64,000 bases of DNA from a bacterium (GCA_029565685.1 JAKQNR010000010.1:34404-98403), one strand, 5' to 3'; counted from the first letter of the stretch, positions 18,520 to 28,844 are shown. Numbers and translations are program-made. Notes: generated by a model from the letters alone, not told the origin.

Positions 18520-21500
18520 ATGAAAAACCTATTCCGCATCGCACGAACACTCGTGTGCCTATTCTTGTTCATCTGCGGTTGCCAGGTGAAAACCCTAAAA
18601 GACCTGGAAACAGGATTTCTACATCCGCCGGCAAAGGCACGACCCTGGGTGTACTGGTTCTGGCTGAACGGCAACATCACCCGTCAGGGCATCACGGCCG
18701 ATCTGGAAGCCATGAAACGAGTAGGCATCGGCGGCGTGCTCATCATGGAAGTGGATCAGGGAACTCCGGCCGGTCCGGTATCCTTTGCCGGCAAAGAGTG
18801 GCGCGAGCTATTTGCCTTTGTGTGTCAGGAAGCCCATCGTTTAGGACTGGAGGTAAACATGAACAACGATGCCGGCTGGTGCGGCAGCGGCGGCCCATGG
18901 ATCACGCCTGACCTGGCCATGCAAAAAGTCGTTTTCAGTGAAACCAACCTGGAAGACGCGCAACAGGTCGATGTCGTTCTGCCCCAGCCCCTGGCGACAG
19001 CCGACTATTACCGCGACATCGCGGTGCTGGCCTTTCCAACACCGGCGAAAGGCGCACGCCTTGACGTGCTGCCCGGCAAGACAGCCGCCGTGACGCAGCA
19101 CTTTGCGTCACCCGCCTCCTTTCCAGACATTCCCAAAGAACAGACTGTGCTCCGCGACCAAGTGCTGAACCTCACCGGACGAATGGACGCTGCCGGTCGT
19201 TTGCAGTGGCAGGCGCCGCCAGGGAGATGGACCGTCTTGCGATTCGGCCACACGCTCACCGGCAAGGACAATCATCCTGCGCCCCTTTCAGGTCGTGGCC
19301 TCGAATCCGACAAGCTGAGTCGGGAGGCCACGGATGCCATGTTCAACGGCCTGATGGGCAAACTCATCGCCGAGGTCAAACCTCTGGCCGGCAAGACGCT
19401 GGTATCCACGCACATCGACAGCTGGGAAACCGGCTCGCAAAACTGGACGCCTAAATTTCGTGAGGAATTTCGACAACGCCGCGGCTATGATCTGCTGCCC
19501 TTTCTGCCGGTACTGGCAGGACGTGTGGTGGAAAGCGTCGCTGTGACCGAACGGTTCTTGTGGGATGTGCGCCAGACCGTGTCCGATCTGCTCATCGAAA
19601 ACTATGCCGCCCGGTTTCGCACCCTGGCGCATCAATATGGCTTGCGACTCTCCATCGAAGCCTATGACGATGCGCCGTGCGATGAAATGGCCTACGCCGG
19701 CCGAGCAGACGAACCCATGGCCGAGTTCTGGTCCTGGGGCAACCAAACGGCCTACAGCTGCACGGAGATGACTTCAGCGGCGCATACCTACGGCAAACAG
19801 ATCATCGGCGCCGAAGCCTTTACCGCTACCGACGGCGAACGATGGCTGCTTCATCCCGCCAACGTCAAGGCCTTGGGCGACTGGGCGTTTTGCGAAGGCA
19901 TCAACCGGTTTGTATTTCACCGTTATGCGTTGCAGCCCTGGCGCGATTATGCGCCGGGCATGTCGATGGGACCGTGGGGCTTGCATTATGAACGTACGCA
20001 AACCTGGTGGGAGCAATCCAAACCGTGGCATGAATATCTCAGCCGCTGCCAATTCCTGCTGCAGCAAGGGCATTTCGTTGCCGACATTTGTTATCTGCAG
20101 CCGGAAGGATCGCCGCGTCGGTTCTCGCCCACTCTGCCCGGGTATGCCGGCAACACGCCGGAACGCGCTCGCTATAACTTTGACGGCTGCACGGCAGAGG
20201 TGTTGCTCAGTCGCATAAAGGTGGAAAACGGCTGCCTGGTCCTGCCCGAGGGCGCTAGGTATCGCCTGTTGGTGTTGCCGCAGATGCAAACCATGACGCC
20301 CTTGCTGTTGGTTAAAATCAAGGAACTGGTTCAAGCCGGTGCGACGGTGCTCGGTCCGCCGCCATCCGCTTCTCCCAGTCTTAGCGATTATCCGCTATGC
20401 GATAAAGAGGTGCAAAAACTTGCCGCCGAGTTGTGGGGCGAAACCGCCGGTGAATCCGCTGGCGACGGGCGTCGTGTCGGCAAAGGTCGCGTCATCTGGG
20501 ACGACGCTTTCACCTCCTCCATTTTTAAGGCGGAATGGCTGAGCCCGCTGAATGGGGCGAAATGGATCTGGTTCGCTGAAGGCAACCCGGCGGAAGCCGC
20601 GGCTGTGGGCAAATGCTATTTCCGTCGTCGCTTTGTCCTGAATGCAAACCAACGCATCGCTTCGAGTAAAATATTAATTACTGCGGACAACCGTTTCACT
20701 TTATGGTTGAACGATCGCCTCGTCGGATCCGGCGCCAATGCCACGGAGGCGTATAAATATGACGTTACAAGCTGGCTCAAGCCCGGCGAAAATTGGTTGA
20801 CTGTGGAAGGCGAGAATGCGCACGATTATGCAAATCCGGCCGCTCTGATCGCCAAGCTGGCAATCAACTATCGCAATGGCGATTCCCTGGTCGTGCTGTC
20901 CGATTCGCAATGGACAAGTACGCGCCAGGTCCGGCCGCAATGGCGTACAGATAAAAACGCTCCTGGCTGGAAGCCGGCCATGGAGATCGGCCCTCTGGGA
21001 ATGAAACCGTTTCCTGTTCCAGATGTATGGCTCAAAACTCCGATCTATGTCTATCCGAAATTTGACGCCATTGCCGGCGTGCTTCGGCAAATGGGCGTGG
21101 CGCCGGACTTTGCCGCGGATTCATCGTTCCGCTATGTCCACCGTCGCATCGACGACATGGATCTTTATTTTGTCTCTAATCGCACGAACGCCTGGCATGG
21201 GGCCAACTGTACTTTCCGCGTCAGCGGCAAAACGCCGGAGCTGTGGAATCCCCTTACCGGCGAGATCAGGCCGCAGCTGCTCTTTAAGGAGCAAAACGGT
21301 CAGACCACGATGCCGCTATGGCTGGAACCCAGTGGCTCTACATTCGTCCTCTTTCGCACTAAAGGCAAGGCGCGCATCAAATCCATCGAGCGGGACGGGC
21401 TCGCCGTGTTGCCGGATATCACTCCTCCATCCTGCGAGTTGTCGGTCGATGAAACGCACAAGACGATATTGCGGGTATGGAAGTCCGGGCACTATGAAAT

Positions 21501-22110
21501 TCAGAGCGAAAACGAAATTCAGTCTATGGACATCGACCTGCCCGCGCCCATTGAAATCGCCGGACCCTGGCAGATCTCTTTTCCGATCAGGAGCGGCAGC
21601 GGCCAACAGGTAAGCAGCGACAAGCTCTTTTCCTGGAGCGACCACAGCGATGCGGATGTGCGTTATTTCTCCGGCGCCGCCGTATATCACAACACCTTTA
21701 GGCTGCAAAGTAAAGAAGAAACCAGGCGGTTCTACTTGGACCTGGGTCGAGTGGCCGTGATGGCGCAGGTGAGTCTGAACGGAAACGAGTTCAGCACGCT
21801 TTGGCGCGAACCTTTCCGCGTGGATGCGACCGACGCTTTGCGGATAGGCGAAAACGTGCTTGAGATCAAGGTCACGAATCTTTGGGTAAACCGGCAGATC
21901 GGCGATGAGCAGTTGCCGGAGGACAGCGACCGCAATGCCGACGGCACGCTTAAAGCGTGGCCGCCATGGGTCATGGAAAACAAACCCAGCCCTACCGGCC
22001 GCACCAGCTTTACGACGCATCGGTTGTGGACCAAGAATGATGTTCCGGTCGAATCCGGATTGCTCGGGCCGGTGCGACTGGTGGCGGTGCAAGACGTAAA
22101 ATTGCATTGA
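18520..22110 (+). CDS. Large lipoprotein glycoside hydrolase, GH106-like (alpha-L-rhamnosidase-type) with galactose-binding-like domains
   Basis: ATG 18520 gives the lipobox signal MKNLFRIARTLVCLFLFICGC. N-terminal motif PPAKARPWVYWFWLNGNITRQGITADLEAMKRVGIGGVLIME, recognised from memory in GH106 / 'GH2 sugar-binding' annotated proteins. Family assignment is tentative. Confidence 0.7.
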   Translation: MKNLFRIARTLVCLFLFICGCQVKTLKDLETGFLHPPAKARPWVYWFWLNGNITRQGITADLEAMKRVGIGGVLIMEVDQGTPAGPVSFAGKEWRELFAFVCQEAHRLGLEVNMNNDAGWCGSGGPWITPDLAMQKVVFSETNLEDAQQVDVVLPQPLATADYYRDIAVLAFPTPAKGARLDVLPGKTAAVTQHFASPASFPDIPKEQTVLRDQVLNLTGRMDAAGRLQWQAPPGRWTVLRFGHTLTGKDNHPAPLSGRGLESDKLSREATDAMFNGLMGKLIAEVKPLAGKTLVSTHIDSWETGSQNWTPKFREEFRQRRGYDLLPFLPVLAGRVVESVAVTERFLWDVRQTVSDLLIENYAARFRTLAHQYGLRLSIEAYDDAPCDEMAYAGRADEPMAEFWSWGNQTAYSCTEMTSAAHTYGKQIIGAEAFTATDGERWLLHPANVKALGDWAFCEGINRFVFHRYALQPWRDYAPGMSMGPWGLHYERTQTWWEQSKPWHEYLSRCQFLLQQGHFVADICYLQPEGSPRRFSPTLPGYAGNTPERARYNFDGCTAEVLLSRIKVENGCLVLPEGARYRLLVLPQMQTMTPLLLVKIKELVQAGATVLGPPPSASPSLSDYPLCDKEVQKLAAELWGETAGESAGDGRRVGKGRVIWDDAFTSSIFKAEWLSPLNGAKWIWFAEGNPAEAAAVGKCYFRRRFVLNANQRIASSKILITADNRFTLWLNDRLVGSGANATEAYKYDVTSWLKPGENWLTVEGENAHDYANPAALIAKLAINYRNGDSLVVLSDSQWTSTRQVRPQWRTDKNAPGWKPAMEIGPLGMKPFPVPDVWLKTPIYVYPKFDAIAGVLRQMGVAPDFAADSSFRYVHRRIDDMDLYFVSNRTNAWHGANCTFRVSGKTPELWNPLTGEIRPQLLFKEQNGQTTMPLWLEPSGSTFVLFRTKGKARIKSIERDGLAVLPDITPPSCELSVDETHKTILRVWKSGHYEIQSENEIQSMDIDLPAPIEIAGPWQISFPIRSGSGQQVSSDKLFSWSDHSDADVRYFSGAAVYHNTFRLQSKEETRRFYLDLGRVAVMAQVSLNGNEFSTLWREPFRVDATDALRIGENVLEIKVTNLWVNRQIGDEQLPEDSDRNADGTLKAWPPWVMENKPSPTGRTSFTTHRLWTKNDVPVESGLLGPVRLVAVQDVKLH

Positions 22111-22126
22111 TGCGCACAGTCGGACT

Positions 22127-22747
22127 ATGATAAAAAAATATCTATCGAACCAACTTGTTCGTCCCACGGGTTTGGTGGGCAAACATCTCATCGGCAGGCT
22201 GTGGAACCGGCACAACCGGGCTCTGAACGAGAGCACATTTGTGCATCTGCATGCCCTTAACAATGATCGGATTCTCGAAGTCGGCTTTGGCGGCGGCTAC
22301 CTGCTCAAAAAAATTTTCTCTGTTGTTTCCGCCGGTGCGGTTGCCGGAGTGGACGTATCGCCGATTATGGTGGAACAGGCTCGAAAAAAGCTGCGCAAGC
22401 ACATAGATAGTGGGGTTCTGCACCTGCATCAAAGCGCGGCAGAGCACCTGCCGTTTTCTGCTGCCTGTTTTGACAAAGCCTGCTCGGTCAATTCAATTTT
22501 TTATTGGACGGATTTAACGGCGGGCCTGATAGAGGTCTATAGAGTTTTGCGAATCAACGGTTTCTTTGTACTGACCTTCACGGGCAAAGCAGATCTGAAC
22601 AAAAGGGGATTTAGCAATCCCGGCATCCGTACGTACGCCAACGAGGAGGTGTTGGCGGCATTGCGACAGGCCGGATTCAGATACATAACCATTGAACAAG
22701 CGCAAGATGCTCACCGGACCTTTGCGATGGTTAAGGCGGTTAAATAA
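22127..22747 (+). CDS. Class I SAM-dependent methyltransferase
   Basis: Motif I ILEVGFGGGYLL plus Methyltransf_11-like layout. Starts 16 nt after the hydrolase stop. Confidence 0.8.
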   Translation: MIKKYLSNQLVRPTGLVGKHLIGRLWNRHNRALNESTFVHLHALNNDRILEVGFGGGYLLKKIFSVVSAGAVAGVDVSPIMVEQARKKLRKHIDSGVLHLHQSAAEHLPFSAACFDKACSVNSIFYWTDLTAGLIEVYRVLRINGFFVLTFTGKADLNKRGFSNPGIRTYANEEVLAALRQAGFRYITIEQAQDAHRTFAMVKAVK

Positions 22748-22963
22748 AAGATGAATCCTTTAACCTGGAGATGAGTTACCCTCAGCGGCGACTTGGCATG
22801 CTTCATTTCTTACAAAGCCTGTTGAGGAGCGACACAGGGCGCGCACCTATGGCTGGCGCAGAGTATAGTCGGCCGTCAAAGAGAGCCAGAGCGGCGAAGC
22901 AGCGGGCCGGCAGCAGCCCCGGGCAAAGCCCGGGGTACTCGACCGGTTCGAAATCCCCTCGAT

Positions 22964-24082
22964 TCAAATCTTGATAAAGATTTTTTTCTGATACAGCCAG
23001 TAACACACATACCAGAATCCAGCCCAGACTCCCAGGCTGGTCAGTATGCTGACGGTAAGCTCGCCTTGCCGGGAAAAGAAAAGCTTGACAAACGGCCCGA
23101 TCACCTTTTCGATCAGATCGCCGCTGCCGATATGAAAAAAGATATAGATAAATATGCTGTTCATCCCCACCACGATAAAGAACCATGCCAACCTGGGGAA
23201 GAGTTTTTTAACATCAATCAGCCAGTAGCACGAGCACAGCGCCAGAACGGTCCATCCTCCGCTGGCGAACACGAAAGAGGCGGTGGCGATTTTTTTAATG
23301 ATGGGCGTGATATGGAAAACATCGAGAGCATAGCCGACCGCTAAGGCGGACACGCCGGCGACGATCATCAGCGTCATTTTCTCCTTCGCTGACTTTTCAC
23401 TCATTAAAAGCCTGCCGCAGAGGACGCCCCACACGGTGTGCGCGGTCGTCGATACAAAGTTGAGGGTCGCCCAGATGCTTGCTTTGTCAACGCCTTCTAT
23501 GGCATTGTTGAACCAGGCTCCGAGGTTCTTATAAGGCACCCACGGCTGATTGAAACCAGAAACCGGAAAAAAACGGTAGGCCAGATCGATGAGAAGAAGA
23601 AGGATCAAAGTAAAAAGGAGCTGAAAGGCAAAGCTTTTATTTCTGATCAAAAAGGCGATGAGGTAGGTGACGGATAACTGCGCCAGCACATTCTGCAAGC
23701 GGAAAACCAGGTGATCGGCCTCGATAAAATACAAAGCCCAGCCAAAGAACAACAACAGCAACGATCGTTTAAACGCATGGCGGTTGATTGCGCTCAGACT
23801 TTCGCCTTTCTTTATCCGATTGGCAACCGCAAAGGGAATGGCAACGCCGACGATAAACATAAAAAAGGGCTGAATCAGATCCCAGAAATGCAGGCCGTTC
23901 CACTCATGATGTTCGAGTTGGGTTCCGAGGAACTGAAAAAAACCATTGTCGATCTTGAGCAGTTTGCTAAAAAGATGAGAGGCTTCGCCGGCCAATAGAA
24001 ACATGGTGAAACCACGAAAGAAATCGACCGAAGTCACTCTTCCCGGCAGGGGCGATAGACGAGTCTGTGATTCAGAATTCAT
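22964..24082 (-). CDS. Polytopic membrane acyltransferase, DUF5009/DUF1624 (heparan-alpha-glucosaminide N-acetyltransferase-like)
   Basis: N-terminal RVTSVDFFRGFTMFLL motif and about 10 predicted TM helices. AT-richer than the surroundings. Confidence 0.65.
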   Translation of the reverse strand: MNSESQTRLSPLPGRVTSVDFFRGFTMFLLAGEASHLFSKLLKIDNGFFQFLGTQLEHHEWNGLHFWDLIQPFFMFIVGVAIPFAVANRIKKGESLSAINRHAFKRSLLLLFFGWALYFIEADHLVFRLQNVLAQLSVTYLIAFLIRNKSFAFQLLFTLILLLLIDLAYRFFPVSGFNQPWVPYKNLGAWFNNAIEGVDKASIWATLNFVSTTAHTVWGVLCGRLLMSEKSAKEKMTLMIVAGVSALAVGYALDVFHITPIIKKIATASFVFASGGWTVLALCSCYWLIDVKKLFPRLAWFFIVVGMNSIFIYIFFHIGSGDLIEKVIGPFVKLFFSRQGELTVSILTSLGVWAGFWYVCYWLYQKKIFIKI

Positions 24083-24237
24083 AAGGGACCGTTTGGTTTT
24101 TAATGATTGCTATAAAGATTGATTTACCTGAAATGGAATCGGGCGGTGCATCCGGGGGGTGGCAGCCAGTCCTCTTCCTGCTCTCCTTGCATCAAAATCC
24201 ATCCAGCAACGTCGTCACTTATACCATGAAAGTAAAT

Positions 24238-24271
24238 TAGCCAACCAGAGTTTGAAAATCAAGCACAATTG
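24238..24271 (-). promoter_or_regulatory. Copy B of the repeated promoter/operator-like element (imperfect palindrome TTGAAAATCAA at 24252-24262)
   Basis: The minus strand reads GCTTGATTTTCAAACTCTGGTTGGCTAATTTA. About 155-190 nt upstream of the minus-strand gene starting at 24082 and about 235-270 nt upstream of the plus-strand gene at 24507. Confidence 0.4.
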
Positions 24272-24506
24272 CTTAAAGGTCGGCATAAGGAATAGGCCGT
24301 GGAGGGCTCCACCGGCGCAGAAAGAATGGCCTAGGGCAATGGACTCCACCACCGCGCCGATGGTCGACGGCGCCGGTGCATTTACAAATAACTTGATCGC
24401 GGATCGATAAAAAATTATATTGACGTCGAATGGACGCGATGACTGAGGCTGTGAACACTGATTGACCGCCCCTTCGCGTTATAATCACTGGAGGAATCTC
24501 TCGCTG

Positions 24507-26780
24507 ATGAACCGAAAACGACTGACCCTTGAATCCCAAAATGACCTATTGCAATTGGACGGCGAAACGCTGCGCCTGGTTTCCTTCCGTTCAAAATCAG
24601 CCGGAGACCAGGAGTTCATCGATTCCCGACCCGAACACCCGGTGTTTCTCATTCAGTATCTGGATGAAGCCAGAGAATACCAGTGTCTCTCCTCCCTTCA
24701 GGCCGCCGCTATCGTGGTCAGCCGGGAAGCCACGCCGCAGGGCGCAACAGTGCAGGCTATCTATCGCTTTCTGCCGAAACTGGATCTGGAGGCGACCGTA
24801 CATATTGCAGCATCCGCCTCAGATCCTTTTGTCCGCTGGAACCTCAAAATTCAGAATCACAGCGGCCTGGAAATCGTCTCGGTGCAATATCCATTCATTG
24901 TCTGCCGCTATGATCTGGGCGGGCAGACGGGATCGGAGCGATTGCTGCTTCCGTTTAATTTCAGCAAGCTGATACCCGCGCCGACCAAAGAAATGATAGG
25001 CCCAGATTGCATGGACGTTTGGGCTGTTACACGGGAAAGCGGCTGTTCCGGACTATACCGAACCTATGCCACTTGGAATCATTACCCCGGACTGCAGTTC
25101 GCTCAGTTCATCGCCTTGTATAATAATCAGGCAGGGCTCTATTTAGCCTGCGAAGACGCGAACGGCTATATCAAACGGATTCAAGCGGTTCATCGTGAAC
25201 CCGGCATCAGGCTGGGCGTAGCGCATATAGGCGATTGGCCGCAAAACGGCGATCGGCAGTTAGAGTATGAAACCGTACTATGCAGCTTTACCGGTGATTG
25301 GTACAGCGCCGCGGAAATCTATCGAACCTGGAGTCTGGCGCAAAAGTGGGGAAAGCCGCTCTGGCAAAGGACAGAGATTCCACCGTGGCTGTCGGATTCA
25401 ACGCCCTATATAGCGATCAGGCTTCAGGGCCTTGACGACAATGCACCGGTTTTTCCGGTACAGGAATTTCTCCCTTATGAAAAATGCATTCCCCTTCTCG
25501 AGTCCATCGCCCAGCGCATCCATTCACCCGTGACGGCGGTGCTGATGGGGTGGGAAAAGGGCGGACCATGGGTTTATCCAGACAGCCTTCCACCGGTCGG
25601 AGGCGAAGACTCGATCAAACATTTCACCATTATGGCTCGGCAAAGAGGCTGGCACGTGGGCGCTTTTAATAACGGCACTCGATGGGTGATCGGGCATAAT
25701 TGGAATGAGTATGACGGCCGTTCCTTTTTCAGGGAAAACCAGGGCGCCCGCAGCGTTTGCAGGTTGCCGGATGGAAGGGCTTGGCTGGATGTTTGGGATC
25801 AGAGTTGGCGGCCGAGCTATCCTTGCTGCATCGGCGCCAAAACAACCCGGGAGATGGCCAAACACTTTGTGAAAAAAATGATGGAGTGGGGCTTTGAATC
25901 CATTCAGTTTTTTGATCAAAACAACGGCGCCACCGCCTTTGCCTGTTTTGCCAAAGACCATGAACATTCCCCTGCGCCGGGCCGGTGGATGACTCAAAAA
26001 TTGCAGCAATTTGCCGCCGAATTGCAAAGTCTGGCTGCGTCGGCGGAGGACCGGCACGTCATTTTGTCTGTGGAAGCCTGCGTCAATGATTGCTGCCTGC
26101 CGTATTTTCAGGAGGCGGATGTACGGGCTGTGCCGGAAAGGAACGATACGGCGGATGATTTGGCCGCGTACACGATACCGCTCTATCAATTTCTTTTTCA
26201 CGAATGTTTGATCATGCATGGCATGATGAGCCGTGGCCCGGAGCCCTACCATGTGCCCATCGCCAATGCGCTCAACGGGGTGCTGGGTGAAATACCAGGC
26301 GGCGTGCTGACCGGAGATGGAACGCTGCTGGATAAAGACACATGGAACTGGGGAGCATGGACTCCCAGGATAGGCGATGCCGACCACGGCCTGGAAATGA
26401 TCAGAACGGTAACCGCTCTGCGCCGCGGTGCAGGGAAAAATTACCTGGTCTATGGCCGTATGATGCGGCCTGCTCACGTCGAACAGATAAGCGTCATCGA
26501 ATGGGTATTTAAAGGCAAACGACAGGCGATGCCCGCTGTATTTCACAGCGCCTGGAAAAATCCGCAAGGCCGGTTTGCCCTGACGCTGGCGAATTGGACT
26601 GCAGACCATCAAACAGCGCACATTCATGATCAGCGGCTGACGAGCCAAGTCCGGGAAATTATTTCCGGCGTGGAGATGACAGAGCGTCTTCGCGAGTCGG
26701 TCGGCGGCGAACTGACGATTGACCTGCCGCCCTTGTCGATCGCTCTGATCGAAAATTCTGGGAATCCGGAGGAACTTTGA
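24507..26780 (+). CDS. Cytoplasmic hypothetical protein, probable glycoside-hydrolase-like (beta-sandwich + barrel; possibly DUF6259-type)
   Basis: GGAGG at 24490-24494 then ATG 24507; no signal peptide. Long, well-behaved ORF in a glycan-gene context. The family name is from memory only. Confidence 0.7.
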   Translation: MNRKRLTLESQNDLLQLDGETLRLVSFRSKSAGDQEFIDSRPEHPVFLIQYLDEAREYQCLSSLQAAAIVVSREATPQGATVQAIYRFLPKLDLEATVHIAASASDPFVRWNLKIQNHSGLEIVSVQYPFIVCRYDLGGQTGSERLLLPFNFSKLIPAPTKEMIGPDCMDVWAVTRESGCSGLYRTYATWNHYPGLQFAQFIALYNNQAGLYLACEDANGYIKRIQAVHREPGIRLGVAHIGDWPQNGDRQLEYETVLCSFTGDWYSAAEIYRTWSLAQKWGKPLWQRTEIPPWLSDSTPYIAIRLQGLDDNAPVFPVQEFLPYEKCIPLLESIAQRIHSPVTAVLMGWEKGGPWVYPDSLPPVGGEDSIKHFTIMARQRGWHVGAFNNGTRWVIGHNWNEYDGRSFFRENQGARSVCRLPDGRAWLDVWDQSWRPSYPCCIGAKTTREMAKHFVKKMMEWGFESIQFFDQNNGATAFACFAKDHEHSPAPGRWMTQKLQQFAAELQSLAASAEDRHVILSVEACVNDCCLPYFQEADVRAVPERNDTADDLAAYTIPLYQFLFHECLIMHGMMSRGPEPYHVPIANALNGVLGEIPGGVLTGDGTLLDKDTWNWGAWTPRIGDADHGLEMIRTVTALRRGAGKNYLVYGRMMRPAHVEQISVIEWVFKGKRQAMPAVFHSAWKNPQGRFALTLANWTADHQTAHIHDQRLTSQVREIISGVEMTERLRESVGGELTIDLPPLSIALIENSGNPEEL

Positions 26781-27129
26781 AGCGGACTTTAAACAACGGA
26801 CAGACCGTATTGTTTCCAGGCGGCGGTATGAAGAATAGTCGGATAAAGCCTGCTGGCACCAGATCTTGATACCAAGATTTGAATCGTACGCGAGAGGACC
26901 GCATGCAAGGCGGATTATTTCATTCCGTTGCATGGCATGACGGCGGCAAACTGCGCAGCAGAATATGGCCGGAAATATTATCGCGGTTTCCGCGGCTGTC
27001 GCTGTCTCCCTGTCGGTCCACCGCTCTATTCGGGCGTTCGGCTCATGGAGCGGCAATCGACGGATGGGGAGTATGCAAAACAGTCCCACAAAACGGTCAG
27101 AGAGGAAAAATAAAGATACGGGCGGACGG

Positions 27130-27642
27130 ATGAATATCTTTGTACTTGATCTCGACATCGAAAAGTGCGCGCGCTATCACTGCGATCAACACGTTGTCAA
27201 GATGATCCTGGAGAGCGTTCAGATCGCCTGTACAGCGCTCAATGAAAAGGGGTTCCAGACGCCATATCGGTCCACCCATAGGCAGCATCCCTGTGTTCTA
27301 TGGGCAGGAAGATCCTTCGCCAATCTGCAGTGGCTGCTGCAGTTGGCGGAAGCTCTGAATCGCGAATACCAATATAGATACCGGACATCCAAAGATCACG
27401 GTTCCCTTGAGGTGATCGATCAGATTCGGGAGATGAGGTTTGAATCGATTGGACTTACCGCCTTTGCGCAAGCCATGCCTGAGGCCTACAAAGTTCCTGG
27501 CGATCCCGTACAGGCCTACAGGAATTTTTATGTGGGCGAAAAGCTGCGGTTCGCCAGATGGACGAGAAGAAGGAGGCCAGCCTGGATCAAAACCATTGCA
27601 CGCCAACAGCAAGCTTCTCGCAACAAGGGTGGCGTTGTGTAA
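27130..27642 (+). CDS. Small conserved hypothetical protein (Cys/His-rich N-terminal motif)
   Basis: Start chosen at MNIFVLDLDIEKCARYHCDQHVVKMILE; later HRQHPCVLWAG motif and a basic tail. No family name can be assigned with confidence. Confidence 0.55.
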   Translation: MNIFVLDLDIEKCARYHCDQHVVKMILESVQIACTALNEKGFQTPYRSTHRQHPCVLWAGRSFANLQWLLQLAEALNREYQYRYRTSKDHGSLEVIDQIREMRFESIGLTAFAQAMPEAYKVPGDPVQAYRNFYVGEKLRFARWTRRRRPAWIKTIARQQQASRNKGGVV

Positions 27643-27797
27643 AATTGGACGTTCGCATCTGAGGTGTTTTGCCGGTGAGCTGTCGACGTAAAAAGACCCT
27701 CCCCGCTTTCGCCTGAAAGGCCGCCGTGCTCGATGTGGCGGAGGATGAATCGAATACGCCGCTTCTCTTCCCGCCCATAAGGATCGACGGCCCTTTC

Positions 27798-28844
27798 CTA
27801 TTGGGCCCTGGGTGCGGCCGTCTGATGCTCGAGAAAAGCTTCATAAAGCGCGATGATGTTGTCCAGCGGGGTCTCTGGCATGATGGAATGGCTGGTGCCG
27901 CCGATATAGCCGCCGTCGAAACGACCGAACAGCTCGACGAGACGGCGGACATTATTCTTCACTTGTTCTGCGGATCCATGGATCAGCAGGCCTTGCACGT
28001 CGACGCCGCCGTAGAAACAGAGACAACCGCCGAATTCGCGAGAGAGGTGCTCTAGATCCATGGCCTGCGGCTGCACCGGATTCAAAACGTTCAAGCCGAT
28101 GTCAATGAGATCCGGAAGAATGGCGACAACGTTGCCGCACATATGCATCCACACATGCGCCCCGCCGGAACGCACCCGGTCGAACATCCGCTGGTAGGAT
28201 GGTTTGTAGAACTTGCGCCAAACATCGGGATGGATCAAGAGCCCTTTTTGGCTTCCCCAGTCGTCTGAAAAAAAAATCCCATCGGCGCCGCGCTTGAGCC
28301 ACTCATCGATGATCGCCAGGTTGTAATCGACGATGCGGTCGCGCAGCCTACAGAACGATTGTTCGTCCACATAGGGATCCATGAGCAGATTTTCGAATCC
28401 GCGCAGCATCCACAGCCGCTCAAAGAGAGTGAACCAGACGGCGGCCTGCACGTAGCGATCTCTGCGGTCCTTGAGGATTTCGTCGATCTCGGCGAATCGT
28501 CCGGGAAGATGCGCGTGTGGAATGATCGAATCGGTAAAGGTCTCATAGCCCTGACTCAATGGATAGGACTCGGTTTTAGCGCCATAGCCGTCGTCCACCC
28601 AGCCGGTCTGCCACTCGTCGGTCCAGCGGGTGATGCGGTCCTGCGTGACGGGTTCGACGGCATTACGGGCAGCGTTCAGCCAGCGCAGCAGGTCATTGGG
28701 AAAGCGGGCCTGCAGTTCGGCGATTCTTTCACGTTTGCCTGGATCTTTTTCCTGCAGCCAGTCCAGATCCACGACGATATCGACTGGAACGTAATCCGGG
28801 TTTCTGAACTCGATCGCACGCGAATAGGTCTCTCTTCCGGTCAT
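27798..28844 (-). CDS. Uroporphyrinogen decarboxylase (URO-D) family protein (MtaA/CmuA-like, non-haem context)
   Basis: URO-D-like core GADGIFFSDDWGSQKGLLIHPDVWRKFYKPSYQRMFD..MHMCGNV..LIDIGLNVLNPVQPQAM. Confidence 0.8.
   Translation of the reverse strand: MTGRETYSRAIEFRNPDYVPVDIVVDLDWLQEKDPGKRERIAELQARFPNDLLRWLNAARNAVEPVTQDRITRWTDEWQTGWVDDGYGAKTESYPLSQGYETFTDSIIPHAHLPGRFAEIDEILKDRRDRYVQAAVWFTLFERLWMLRGFENLLMDPYVDEQSFCRLRDRIVDYNLAIIDEWLKRGADGIFFSDDWGSQKGLLIHPDVWRKFYKPSYQRMFDRVRSGGAHVWMHMCGNVVAILPDLIDIGLNVLNPVQPQAMDLEHLSREFGGCLCFYGGVDVQGLLIHGSAEQVKNNVRRLVELFGRFDGGYIGGTSHSIMPETPLDNIIALYEAFLEHQTAAPRAQ

Noticed and set aside
22945-22956. tRNA T-arm-like string GGTTCGAAATCC next to a perfect GC hairpin CCCCGGGC-AAA-GCCCGGGG (22917-22935).
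   Set aside because: No acceptor, D or anticodon arms can be folded around it, and the flanks do not pair as a T-stem. The hairpin lacks a U-tract on either strand, so I call neither a tRNA nor a confident terminator.
26854-26869. TGGCACcagatCTTGA, a possible sigma-54 promoter upstream of the small orphan gene.
   Set aside because: The -12 element is shifted by one and lacks the GC dinucleotide. The adjacent ATCTTG-atac-CAAGAT hairpin is short and unremarkable.
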